Part shown: positions 8,111-16,466 of the stretch, piece after piece
Numbering within the stretch: position 1 is the first letter of the stretch
Layout: every line of letters begins with the position of its first letter
Assembly (NCBI GenBank): GCA_016839515.1
Contig: JAEOUE010000281.1
Location: 1-20,837 of the forward strand
Reading direction: 5' to 3'
Length of the DNA stretch: 20,837 nucleotides
From: Candidatus Hodarchaeum mangrovi
Lineage (GTDB): Archaea > Asgardarchaeota > Heimdallarchaeia > Hodarchaeales > Hodarchaeaceae
Translations under genes and position numbers: made by a program
The notes under the pieces: generated by a model
Told to the model about the DNA's origin: nothing
Databases searched by the model: none
The model's input: the letters and a program-made list of their open reading frames with translations, nothing else

Positions 8111-8971
8111 ATGAACTTAGCAGAAACTAAATTAAAGTTAACTGATTATCCTCTACTAACTGGATTTCTAATTACTGTGATTTTCAGCTTCGTTTTAAGT
8201 ATAAATATAATTTTTAGGGTAGAAAATAACCTTAAAACGGCTGGAGTCTCAGCTATCTTAGTATATTTTGGAGATTTCTCTGTTAGATTTCTTTCTGGGG
8301 CAATTATAGTAATTATAATTGTTTTATTGATGAAATATGTATCAGAAAGTCCTATATCTATCAAAGAATATATAAGGACTGATGTATGGCTTAGTAAAGG
8401 CGTTTCAATAAGGAAAACATTCTTAGCAGGAATTTTATCTCCAATATGCTATTTTATAATCTGCATTATAGTAGCTTCTGGGCTAGGAGCGTTTAAATTA
8501 GACCTTGAAATAATTTTTAGAAATCCTGATATTGCAACAGGCGTTGGCTGGTTTATATTTTTGTATGCGCTCACCCCAGGGATATGGGAAGAAATAACCT
8601 TTCGAGGGGTAATTTTAAAATCGGTGAAGACAAAATATTCCGCTAATTTTGCGATCCTAGTTAGCAGCATATTATTTGGATTCTTTCATATTATTGCGTT
8701 CATGATCATAAATGAACCAATAGAAATGCTGATCTTTTATTTCATGATGTCTACTCTCTTTGGACTGATATGGGGTTATATGGTAGTTAAATGTGAAAGT
8801 GTATTACCTGGAATCTTGGCTCACTACATCATAGATGCGTTTGGTTATGCCATTATAACCCATCCAATGAACTCTAACGAATCAATTGCAGGGCCGTTCT
8901 TTATGTTGACAACCTTATTGTATCCCTCAGTTAGCTTCCTTTTAGCGAAGGCTTTCTTAAAAAGATTGTAG
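8111..8971 (+). CDS. CPBP family intramembrane metalloprotease (Abi/Rce1-like type II CAAX protease)
   Basis: Motifs PGIWEEITFRG (EExxxR), LFGFFH (FxxxH) and LAHYIID (HxxxN/D), with multiple TM helices. ATG 8111 is preferred (AAGGA upstream). The ORF is open from 8075. Confidence 0.92.
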   Translation: MNLAETKLKLTDYPLLTGFLITVIFSFVLSINIIFRVENNLKTAGVSAILVYFGDFSVRFLSGAIIVIIIVLLMKYVSESPISIKEYIRTDVWLSKGVSIRKTFLAGILSPICYFIICIIVASGLGAFKLDLEIIFRNPDIATGVGWFIFLYALTPGIWEEITFRGVILKSVKTKYSANFAILVSSILFGFFHIIAFMIINEPIEMLIFYFMMSTLFGLIWGYMVVKCESVLPGILAHYIIDAFGYAIITHPMNSNESIAGPFFMLTTLLYPSVSFLLAKAFLKRL

Positions 8972-9384
8972 GTTGAGTTTTAAAATCTCGTTCAAAAGAT
9001 TGCCAGATTAAATACGCCATTCTTGTTGGTTAAGGAAAAATCAATTCGTTTCTTACAATTCAAAATGTTAGAGTTACTTTTTTAAACGAGAAACAAGAAA
9101 GTCACATCTTACGGGATTTCTAGGTAAAAGGAAATATAACCGTGAAGTTTAGAAAATGATTAAACAATCTAAGATCAAAACAGCACCAAAAAGTACTTTC
9201 TTATTTCAACAGTTTTAATAGCGCTTCACCTGAACATATTCCAACTATCCTGAGTTTTTTACATTCAAAAGCTATGAAATTGGGTTAGAAATTGCCAACA
9301 TCATTGAAAATTTTACTTCTAATGGGTTATACTTGTAATATGCTTCTTCTTAGAATTAATACTTTTGAGAACATCAATACTTCG

Positions 9385-10701
9385 TTAATATAATACTCCA
9401 TCTGTTTCAAGTCCCCAGTTTTTAGCTTGTAGTTCCTGAAGTTCTCTATAACCTATAAAAATGATTCCTAGTTTATCTGCAAGGTTTTTTGTTACTTGAC
9501 TTGTCCAAACGTCATAATCACCTTTTCTACAATACGCATGTGCTGAACCAGCAGACTCCAGTATTTTTTCTAGTTCCTCAGACATAAATGAAATATGAGT
9601 AACAACCTCATGAACTCCTGGTTTCAGATTCTTAAGCCAATTGTGGTATCTCTCTTCACGAAGTCTAGGATTCCAAGTCTCTCCTATTATTAATGAAAAC
9701 TGCCAAAAAGTGTTTGGATAAACATACCCTCTTTTACGTGCTGTATCTCTGAAATAAGGTATCATTGGTAAATTATATTTTTTTGAGAGTGCTTCTATTC
9801 CCCTTCCTAAATCAGGATGATGAAAGTAAGAACCCATATGGTCATCTATATGGGTAGGTTTAAGCCCTGTTTTGAGAATTGTTACAATCTGTTCTTCCAA
9901 TTCTCTAATTGCCTCTTCCACATTTAAATTCTGTCGTAATTCATGTTCAAACTGCCACATATAACCTTCAGGATTATATAAACTAGGTACTTCTTCTTTT
10001 GACAATAGAGGAGTCCATCCATGTGATTTACCCCATTCACTGTTCAATGTTAGATGAACTCCAAGATCAAGGTTTGGATTATTCTTCCAGATATCAAGAA
10101 CTCTATTTATATCGGGACAAGGTACCATAATACTGCCTGTTTTACACATGCCATAGTTCATTGCATCCAAAGCACCATCAGTTTGCTTAGGATGCATCCC
10201 AATATCATCCGCATGAACAATTACAAGGATTGCATCTTTGGGGTAACCTAACTGCTCTACTAGTGTTGGTTGATCCTCTTTTTCATCTGAAAAATCTTCC
10301 CAAAGTAACACGTCAGCTAAAGAATTTATTTCTATTATTCTAAAAACATTACCTTCAGTATCTTGACAAATTGTGAAAAAACCGACACCCTGAGCAGGTA
10401 TTTTGGGTGAAAATACTTTTCCTCCATTTTCCTCAATTATCTTCCTCGACTTGTCAATGTTGGCCACACTTATCGTAATAGATATTCCTTCTTGATTTTG
10501 TCTTTGGTTTAGGACTCCGATGCCAATAGAAGTAAGATTACTGATTTCATTTATTGAACCAATATCATTTTTTATTTCAGGAAAGATAAACATTGAATTG
10601 TTACTAAATTCTCTAATTTTCCATCCAAAAACATTCTCATAGAATCTTTTTGCACGATTAATATCATCAACACCTATTTCAAAATGAATTACATTAGACA
10701 T
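9385..10701 (-). CDS. VOC/glyoxalase domain fused to a YdjC/ChbG-family carbohydrate deacetylase
   Basis: Residues 1-~124 contain VIHFEIGVDDINRAKRFYENVFGW...GG.V......GVG.F....DTEGN (VOC). The remainder has HADDIGM, LGVHLTLNSEW, PTHIDDHMG and LKPGVHEVVTH (YdjC). GGAG SD lies upstream. Confidence 0.88.
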   Translation of the reverse strand: MSNVIHFEIGVDDINRAKRFYENVFGWKIREFSNNSMFIFPEIKNDIGSINEISNLTSIGIGVLNQRQNQEGISITISVANIDKSRKIIEENGGKVFSPKIPAQGVGFFTICQDTEGNVFRIIEINSLADVLLWEDFSDEKEDQPTLVEQLGYPKDAILVIVHADDIGMHPKQTDGALDAMNYGMCKTGSIMVPCPDINRVLDIWKNNPNLDLGVHLTLNSEWGKSHGWTPLLSKEEVPSLYNPEGYMWQFEHELRQNLNVEEAIRELEEQIVTILKTGLKPTHIDDHMGSYFHHPDLGRGIEALSKKYNLPMIPYFRDTARKRGYVYPNTFWQFSLIIGETWNPRLREERYHNWLKNLKPGVHEVVTHISFMSEELEKILESAGSAHAYCRKGDYDVWTSQVTKNLADKLGIIFIGYRELQELQAKNWGLETDGVLY

Positions 10702-10848
10702 CTTACTCTATACTCCAAATAATAAAAAAATAACTGGAGGACTTTTATCTTAACGTTAAACCTCCTTAGGCTTCTTCATAGATTCATGAACAGCTAATAA
10801 CAGTATAAAAAATAAATAATCTTTGAAATTCTTAAAACTAATTCACGA

Positions 10849-11610
10849 TTAAAATGATTTGGAATGGAAATATTCGAGATCAATAAATTGGCACCCACAT
10901 GCTTCCACGCTGTCTTGGTAAAGGAGAGTAAAGGAATCTTTAGCCTCATCCGTGAAATGAATTGGAATAAAATAAGTTGGCTCAAGTGTATCTACTACAA
11001 GAACAACATCTTCCCCTGTCATAGTTTGACATCCAGGGCCAAGAGGCAAAAGCGCCAAGTCGATCTCCCCATGCAACTGTGTGTACTCTGCAATATTCCA
11101 TGAATCCCCTGCATGAAAAATTGTAAAGCCCTCATATTCAATGATATAACTAGTATAGTTATTTTCCTGCGGATGGCTTGAATCAATCGAACCAGGCATG
11201 GTATACATATAAAAACACCGAATATTAAAATTATTGACCTGAAAAGTGTCTTCTGGGGCTACAGAAGTAGCATCATAAAGCGATGCTTCTGTACTCATGA
11301 TGGCGGGAAAATAAAAATCAGTACTATCTGTTTTAATGAAATCAATAGAATCAGGATCATAATGATCCCCATGTTCATGAGTTATGAGAACTGCATCAGC
11401 AGGATAAGCTGAATAGGACGAAGGTAAATCATAGGGATCGATATAGATTCTTGTACCACCTGCTTTGATCATGACTCCCGCATTAGTTAATAACTCAATC
11501 TTAATCCCATCATTAGAGTTGAGAACGATAGCTGTGATTCCTACTCCCGAAATAATAACTACCGTGCCAATTATAGCAATATATTTGAAATTATTTTGAA
11601 GGAAACTCAT
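10849..11610 (-). CDS. Membrane-anchored MBL-fold metallo-hydrolase (UPF0173/Lactamase_B_3-like)
   Basis: IYIDP, LITHEHGDH (HxHxDH), FHAGDS and IPIH motifs, plus an N-terminal TM segment (YIAIIGTVVIISGVGITAIVL). ATG 11610 or 11619 is more plausible than TTG 11658. Confidence 0.88.
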   Translation of the reverse strand: MSFLQNNFKYIAIIGTVVIISGVGITAIVLNSNDGIKIELLTNAGVMIKAGGTRIYIDPYDLPSSYSAYPADAVLITHEHGDHYDPDSIDFIKTDSTDFYFPAIMSTEASLYDATSVAPEDTFQVNNFNIRCFYMYTMPGSIDSSHPQENNYTSYIIEYEGFTIFHAGDSWNIAEYTQLHGEIDLALLPLGPGCQTMTGEDVVLVVDTLEPTYFIPIHFTDEAKDSFTLLYQDSVEACGCQFIDLEYFHSKSF

Positions 11611-11774
11611 GAGGGACATAAAAAACAGGGATCTTAATAAACGAACAGAAAGAGGCAATTTCTTGTGTAACTGTGGATAAATCGAAGATAACGGAGGATC
11701 TGAGGAGTTTTTCCCATACTATTATTTCCAGATACTTGGACTTCTTGATATTATCATATTCTTAAGACGAACTC

Positions 11775-11952
11775 CATGAATGGGTTACACATGACTTAGC
11801 TACTTTGAGCGTGGATCATAAGCATTACCAATCCCAGTCTGAATGAATTTTGTAATCGATTGATGAGAGGTCCCAATGAAACAGATTTTGATAATATGTG
11901 CATAGTTTGTCATGAAGATATCTACCCCTCATTCCATAAGTGGACTTCTTGA
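11775..11952 (+). pseudogene. Possible degraded gene fragment (Cys/His-rich, zincin- or zinc-finger-like)
   Basis: The fragments HEWVTH and, in another frame, FCNRLMRGPNETDFDNMCIVCHEDIYP* are separated by stops or a frameshift. Weak support. Confidence 0.2.
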
Positions 11953-11971
11953 GATTCTTAGAAGAAATAGT

Positions 11972-14128
11972 TCATCTTAAAGTTTTGATTAATTCATCAA
12001 TGGAATGAACAACCTGATTTGCTGAGGCTACAATGGCCTGTGAATTAATATTAAAATTGTCATGTAACGTTGCAGTAGCTGATTCAATAGAACTGTTTAC
12101 TTCCTCAATTTTATTATCTAGATCTTTACGGATGGTATCCACAGTATCTCTCTTTGACCGACTATCTTTGATGAAATGATTAAGAGTTTGAAGTTGATCA
12201 TCAAAGAATTTGATGAATTTATCATTTAAAGTAGCTAGATATTCATCAAGCATTTTTTGTTTGGCATTAATTTCTTGATTCACCTGAGATCTGAATTTTG
12301 TGACTTCTTTTTTATGTTCATCCCCCAAGCCATCAACCAAGCTTGTAATTTTACCCTCACTTCCTTTTAAATTTTCATCAAGCTGATCCTGAGATGTTTC
12401 AATAATATTTCGAATAGTACTATTAGTAACATCTTCTAGGGTTCTTATCCCCTTTTCACGCTCATTGAATGTTGTATTACGATTTTTAGAGTGTTCTTCC
12501 ACCTTCTCATCGATAGCTAAACGATGATTTACGGTATGTTGTTCTACCATGGGTTCTAGTGAATTAACTGCTGTAATTAACTTAGTTTGTTCTGACTGTA
12601 AGATATTTTTAAGATCATGAAAAGAATTTTCCAGATTCTTATCTTGACCTTGTTCAAGGGTATCGAATGACTCGACAATGTTGTTTCTAAGTTGATCCAG
12701 TGTAGAATTATTGGAGTTAATTGATTTTTCCATGTTTTGATCAAGAATTTTACTGAAATTAATCAGATAAACATCAAGATCAGCAACCAATTTTTTCATT
12801 TTTGCGTCTAAAGTCGTATCAAATTGATCAACATATCCACTGATTGCGCCATAGCGATCTTTGACGGTCTTAGATAAATCTGTAAGAGTGTTTTTACGAC
12901 TTAGTTCGTATTCATCTGACACTTTCTTTAATATTTCTGGAAGATATTCCTCAGTTTCTTTACCGATTTCTCCTATTTTTTTGAGATTACTTATTAGTAG
13001 AATATCAAGAGTCTCTTTCATTTCATCCCGAAAATTAGTTAAACGAGTAATTACATCATTAATTTTTTCAATAAAGGAGTCCTGAAATTGTGTAAATGTT
13101 AAGGAAATATTATCAATACCTGAATAAAGATTTGATCGGAACTGATGTTCTAAGTCAGATAAGAGTTTTGATTGAGATGATTCATTTATTGTAAGATCCT
13201 TCTTGTATTTTGCCAAGGTTGAATCTTGATCGGATTTTAACGTTTCTAATTGTTCAGTCCGTCTTGATTTCCAATCTTCAATTGTTTCAACCTGTAATTT
13301 TTCCAGATGTCCTTTTAACTCTGACTTTGATTGATCTAGATGATTTTTAAGACTATTTAGCAATTCCAGATTGACTGATTTCTGATGGGATAAATTTTCA
13401 TCTAAGTTAGCAGTTGCACTGTTTAAATTTGACTTGAAATCTTCTTTCGCGATTTCTATTCTGCTAACTGATTTTGTACTAATCTCAGGAAAAATTTTAT
13501 TTATTTCATTCTCTTTAGTGCTTGTTAGCTTACTAATATTCTGCTGAAAATCATCTAAAGACTTGTGAATTGAAGAAGAAATACCATTAGTTAATTCTTC
13601 TTGGGAAATTTTCTCTTTCTCGACAATTCCTAATACTTCTCTCAATATTTCTCCTACTTGCGATAGAAATTGTTTCTCAAATTGATTGATCTGCTCTCTT
13701 TGACTAGCATAGATATCTGATAAACCAGTCTTTAATCTTTCTGGCATTTCTGAGTAGATTTCAGATATTTCTTTTTCTTGTTTGCTAGATAAGTTCGTTA
13801 ATTCATTTTTAAGTTCATTAACTCCAGAGACTATATCACCTAAAAGATTGTCTAACCGATCCTGTAATACTGCTTTATCGGACTCTAGAGACTTTTTTTT
13901 ATAATCTTCAAGACTCTCAGTTAATTGGTCAATAACTTGTTTTAATAATCTAATTTCAGTTAATACTTTAGTTTTTGAGTGGTCTAACGTTCTATTAAAT
14001 GCTTCGGATGCTGTTTTTCCTTCTTCTTGGAACTTAAAAATACGTTGTTCAAGCTTCGATTTTTCTGATGCAATATTTACTTTATAATCTTGAATTTTCT
14101 TTTTTTCACTACTATGTTCAACATTCAA
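11972..14128 (-). CDS. Large all-alpha coiled-coil protein, 718 aa
   Basis: Rich in E/K/Q/L/S/N with heptad-like amphipathic helices throughout. No TM segment and no NTPase motif. AGGTGA SD lies just upstream of the TTG start. Confidence 0.85.
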   Translation of the reverse strand: MNVEHSSEKKKIQDYKVNIASEKSKLEQRIFKFQEEGKTASEAFNRTLDHSKTKVLTEIRLLKQVIDQLTESLEDYKKKSLESDKAVLQDRLDNLLGDIVSGVNELKNELTNLSSKQEKEISEIYSEMPERLKTGLSDIYASQREQINQFEKQFLSQVGEILREVLGIVEKEKISQEELTNGISSSIHKSLDDFQQNISKLTSTKENEINKIFPEISTKSVSRIEIAKEDFKSNLNSATANLDENLSHQKSVNLELLNSLKNHLDQSKSELKGHLEKLQVETIEDWKSRRTEQLETLKSDQDSTLAKYKKDLTINESSQSKLLSDLEHQFRSNLYSGIDNISLTFTQFQDSFIEKINDVITRLTNFRDEMKETLDILLISNLKKIGEIGKETEEYLPEILKKVSDEYELSRKNTLTDLSKTVKDRYGAISGYVDQFDTTLDAKMKKLVADLDVYLINFSKILDQNMEKSINSNNSTLDQLRNNIVESFDTLEQGQDKNLENSFHDLKNILQSEQTKLITAVNSLEPMVEQHTVNHRLAIDEKVEEHSKNRNTTFNEREKGIRTLEDVTNSTIRNIIETSQDQLDENLKGSEGKITSLVDGLGDEHKKEVTKFRSQVNQEINAKQKMLDEYLATLNDKFIKFFDDQLQTLNHFIKDSRSKRDTVDTIRKDLDNKIEEVNSSIESATATLHDNFNINSQAIVASANQVVHSIDELIKTLR

Positions 14129-14134
14129 ATTTTT

Positions 14135-14140
14135 TCACCT
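14135..14140 (-). promoter_or_regulatory. Archaeal Shine-Dalgarno motif AGGTGA for the coiled-coil gene
   Basis: Minus strand reads AGGTGAAAAAAT-TTG within the 36-nt spacer after the ATPase gene. Confidence 0.6.
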
Positions 14141-14164
14141 ATAATCATACCGAATGTAATCATT

Positions 14165-15871
14165 TTAGCTGTTTTTTAATTCTATATATGGTTCAAATGA
14201 TGGTAATAACTTTTTAAAGAATTTTTTATGATCAGGATTTTTGTACGTTAGGATTGCTTTATCTACTGCCTCACTAGCAGACTGAAAGTCATCAGCTTGC
14301 TTAAAGAGCTGAATTGAGTGATAGAATGAGGCCCGTGCCAATTCTAATTGATTTTGATTAATATATTGTAGGGCTTCATCTAGATAAATTGAAGCTGCTT
14401 TTTGTGCGGTATTTCGTAGCCTTTTCCTCTTATCAGCATGTTGATACGCTTCTAAGGCTTTTTGATACATATATTTTGCATAATTGACTTTATTATAAGT
14501 ATAAAAACTCTGTGCACACTCTTCCAAAAATTGGCCACCTCTATACACATCTTTTGCAATACGAAAAAGATTTCCAGTTAATAACGCCAATCTAAAGGCG
14601 GTATAATACTTTCTCTGGTTTAAAACAGAAGTAAACAAAACTTTAGCACGATTTGGAAGGGAAAAATCACCAAGATCAACTGTAGAAAGAACTATTTGCT
14701 CTAATCGTACCAGAACTTTCGTATTAATATCGACTGTCATTTTAATATCATTTTCGATAATATTTAGTAAGAGTTCAATTTCAGTTGATTTCTCTACAAC
14801 CCTAGTGCCTAAACCTAGAAAATAATAGAGAGAATAACTAGAAAATTGATAATAATCACCTTGTTTAATAACTAAGCCTTTTTTTTGTAGTGTTTCTAGA
14901 CTGTTCCGCGTCATCTCCTTGCTAAAAACATCTTTATGAACAGCATTTACAGGAGAATTAAGCATAAGTTGAATGGTGTCATCTTCTTCTTCTGAGATAC
15001 TAAATATTTCCTGGATAAAAGCTCTTAAGGCAAATTTCTTTATAAATGGCTGAGCTAATTCAGAAATCGTGCTTTCTTTTCCTGAAAATCCTTCATTTCT
15101 TATTTTTTCTGTAACCCAAGCTAAAACCTCTGAAATAAAAAGAATATGAAATGGAAATAGCTCAGATTGCTTTATAAAATCCTCCTGAAGTTGTTCAGTA
15201 ATTTTAAAGGGATCTCTTAATAGCTTAGAGAGTAATAATTTTGAATCAGCTAGACTCAAGGCTTCTACAACGATATGTTCTCCCATTTGAATAATCTCTC
15301 TCATTAAGGAGGTATTATAATTTTGCACGACAATAATGAAAAAAAGTGGAAATTTACCACGAAGAGAACTTATTAAATCCCTCAAAATATCAAGAATAAA
15401 AGGATTTGTGTCTACTATCCGATCAATAGGATCTAACAAAATTATAACTGGAATCTTAAGGGGCCTTACCTTTAAGTTATTAATAAAAGTATTAACTATT
15501 TCTGAAGAATCTAAATGAGAAGTAACAGATTTTACTTGTAATTCCTTAGATTTTTGGAAGAATGATTTCTTTTCCGGTTCTAGATAGGGTGAAAGCACCT
15601 GATATAATTCACGAAAAAATGAAAGATTCATTTTTCCCATTTTTACTGTAGGCTGAAGATATGTTAGCTTCTCACGTTTTATTATCTCACTATAAAGGTC
15701 TAATAAACTAGATTTTCCAATCCCAGGTGGACCAGATATAATTACGAGATTTTGTTTAAATTTGTCAGCTTGAAATTGAGATAAAATTGATTCAAAACGT
15801 CTTTCATAATTTTGTCGGCCTACAATCAATGACAGCTCAGATGGTTTTAAAAACGAACTATAAGGATTCAT
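14165..15871 (-). CDS. STAND-like/AAA_16 P-loop ATPase with winged helix and C-terminal TPR/SNAP-like repeats
   Basis: N-terminal NPY...P....IVGR motif, Walker A GPPGIGKS, Walker B-like IILLDPID, wHTH-like LETLQKKGLVIKQGDYYQF, and C-terminal helical repeats (YQKALEAY, AQKAASIY, FYHSIQLF). GAGGA SD lies upstream. Confidence 0.82.
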   Translation of the reverse strand: MNPYSSFLKPSELSLIVGRQNYERRFESILSQFQADKFKQNLVIISGPPGIGKSSLLDLYSEIIKREKLTYLQPTVKMGKMNLSFFRELYQVLSPYLEPEKKSFFQKSKELQVKSVTSHLDSSEIVNTFINNLKVRPLKIPVIILLDPIDRIVDTNPFILDILRDLISSLRGKFPLFFIIVVQNYNTSLMREIIQMGEHIVVEALSLADSKLLLSKLLRDPFKITEQLQEDFIKQSELFPFHILFISEVLAWVTEKIRNEGFSGKESTISELAQPFIKKFALRAFIQEIFSISEEEDDTIQLMLNSPVNAVHKDVFSKEMTRNSLETLQKKGLVIKQGDYYQFSSYSLYYFLGLGTRVVEKSTEIELLLNIIENDIKMTVDINTKVLVRLEQIVLSTVDLGDFSLPNRAKVLFTSVLNQRKYYTAFRLALLTGNLFRIAKDVYRGGQFLEECAQSFYTYNKVNYAKYMYQKALEAYQHADKRKRLRNTAQKAASIYLDEALQYINQNQLELARASFYHSIQLFKQADDFQSASEAVDKAILTYKNPDHKKFFKKLLPSFEPYIELKNS

Positions 15872-15920
15872 AGAAGCCTTCCTCTATTAGTTTTTGTCAA
15901 AAGTTCATGGAGATTAAGGT

Positions 15921-15930
15921 ATTTATAAAT
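15921..15930 (-). promoter_or_regulatory. Putative TATA box for the ATPase/coiled-coil operon
   Basis: Minus strand reads GAAGATTTATAAATAC, about 50 nt upstream of ATG 15871. Confidence 0.45.
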
Positions 15931-16466
15931 CTTCAAATCTGATTACAAACATACATGTTCCAATAAAAAGGTACATAGCCAAATAATATCCATACTAATG
16001 TAACTGGTGATGGACAAATTCATCAGCTTTCATATCTGATTCCAAAAGATGTGAGTTGTTTTCTTTTTCGTTTTTAAGTATTGTACAGTACGTGGATTTG
16101 TTTAATAGACTTGTATAGTAATCCGTAATACAATAAAACATATAATAATGAGTTGAAATCCCTAAATATTCATCTTTTAATTATAAGGTGATCTTTATTA
16201 ACTCACCACGACACATATGTTGGATTAATTATCACCTTTTACAGTCTAAATTTAGAAAGGGAATATTACTACTTCTTTTTAAGGAAAAATCGTTCTTTAA
16301 GGTCATTAATCCATGAATCTTCAATATTAAAGGGTTTTAGTCAGTGCTATTAGTTCTGAACAATATTCTAAAAATTCTGAGTTATATATAAGTTTAAAAA
16401 GCCCCTATTCATTGATATCAAGCACTTTAGCAAAGTTCATTGAATTGAGTTCAAGAGGGTAGTATT

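Noticed and set aside
1-8971. ICMT-family and Rce1/CPBP-family genes in one window as a eukaryote-like CaaX processing pathway
   Set aside because: They are about 7.7 kb apart on opposite strands, and both families are widespread in prokaryotes. There is no prenyltransferase and no protein ending in CaaX in the window.
1287-10751. Shared CTGGAGGAC...TTTATCTT at about 1287-1312 and 10734-10751
   Set aside because: There are only two copies with different spacing. Both are compatible with ordinary promoter-proximal sequence, which is insufficient to call a regulon motif.
11972-14128. SMC/Rad50, tape-measure or methyl-accepting chemotaxis call for the coiled-coil protein
   Set aside because: It has no Walker A/B or signature motif, no hinge or CxxC hook, no MCP hairpin motif, and no viral genes nearby.
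14165-15871. NSF/Cdc48 or Orc1/Cdc6 identity for the ATPase
   Set aside because: It lacks the classic AAA second region of homology and the LDE Walker B. The C-terminal TPR-like region fits a STAND-like protein better.
16185-16238. 8-bp inverted repeat AAGGTGAT / ATCACCTT in the divergent spacer
   Set aside because: It is short and widely spaced, and could arise by chance in AT-rich DNA. There is no evidence for a MITE or structured RNA.
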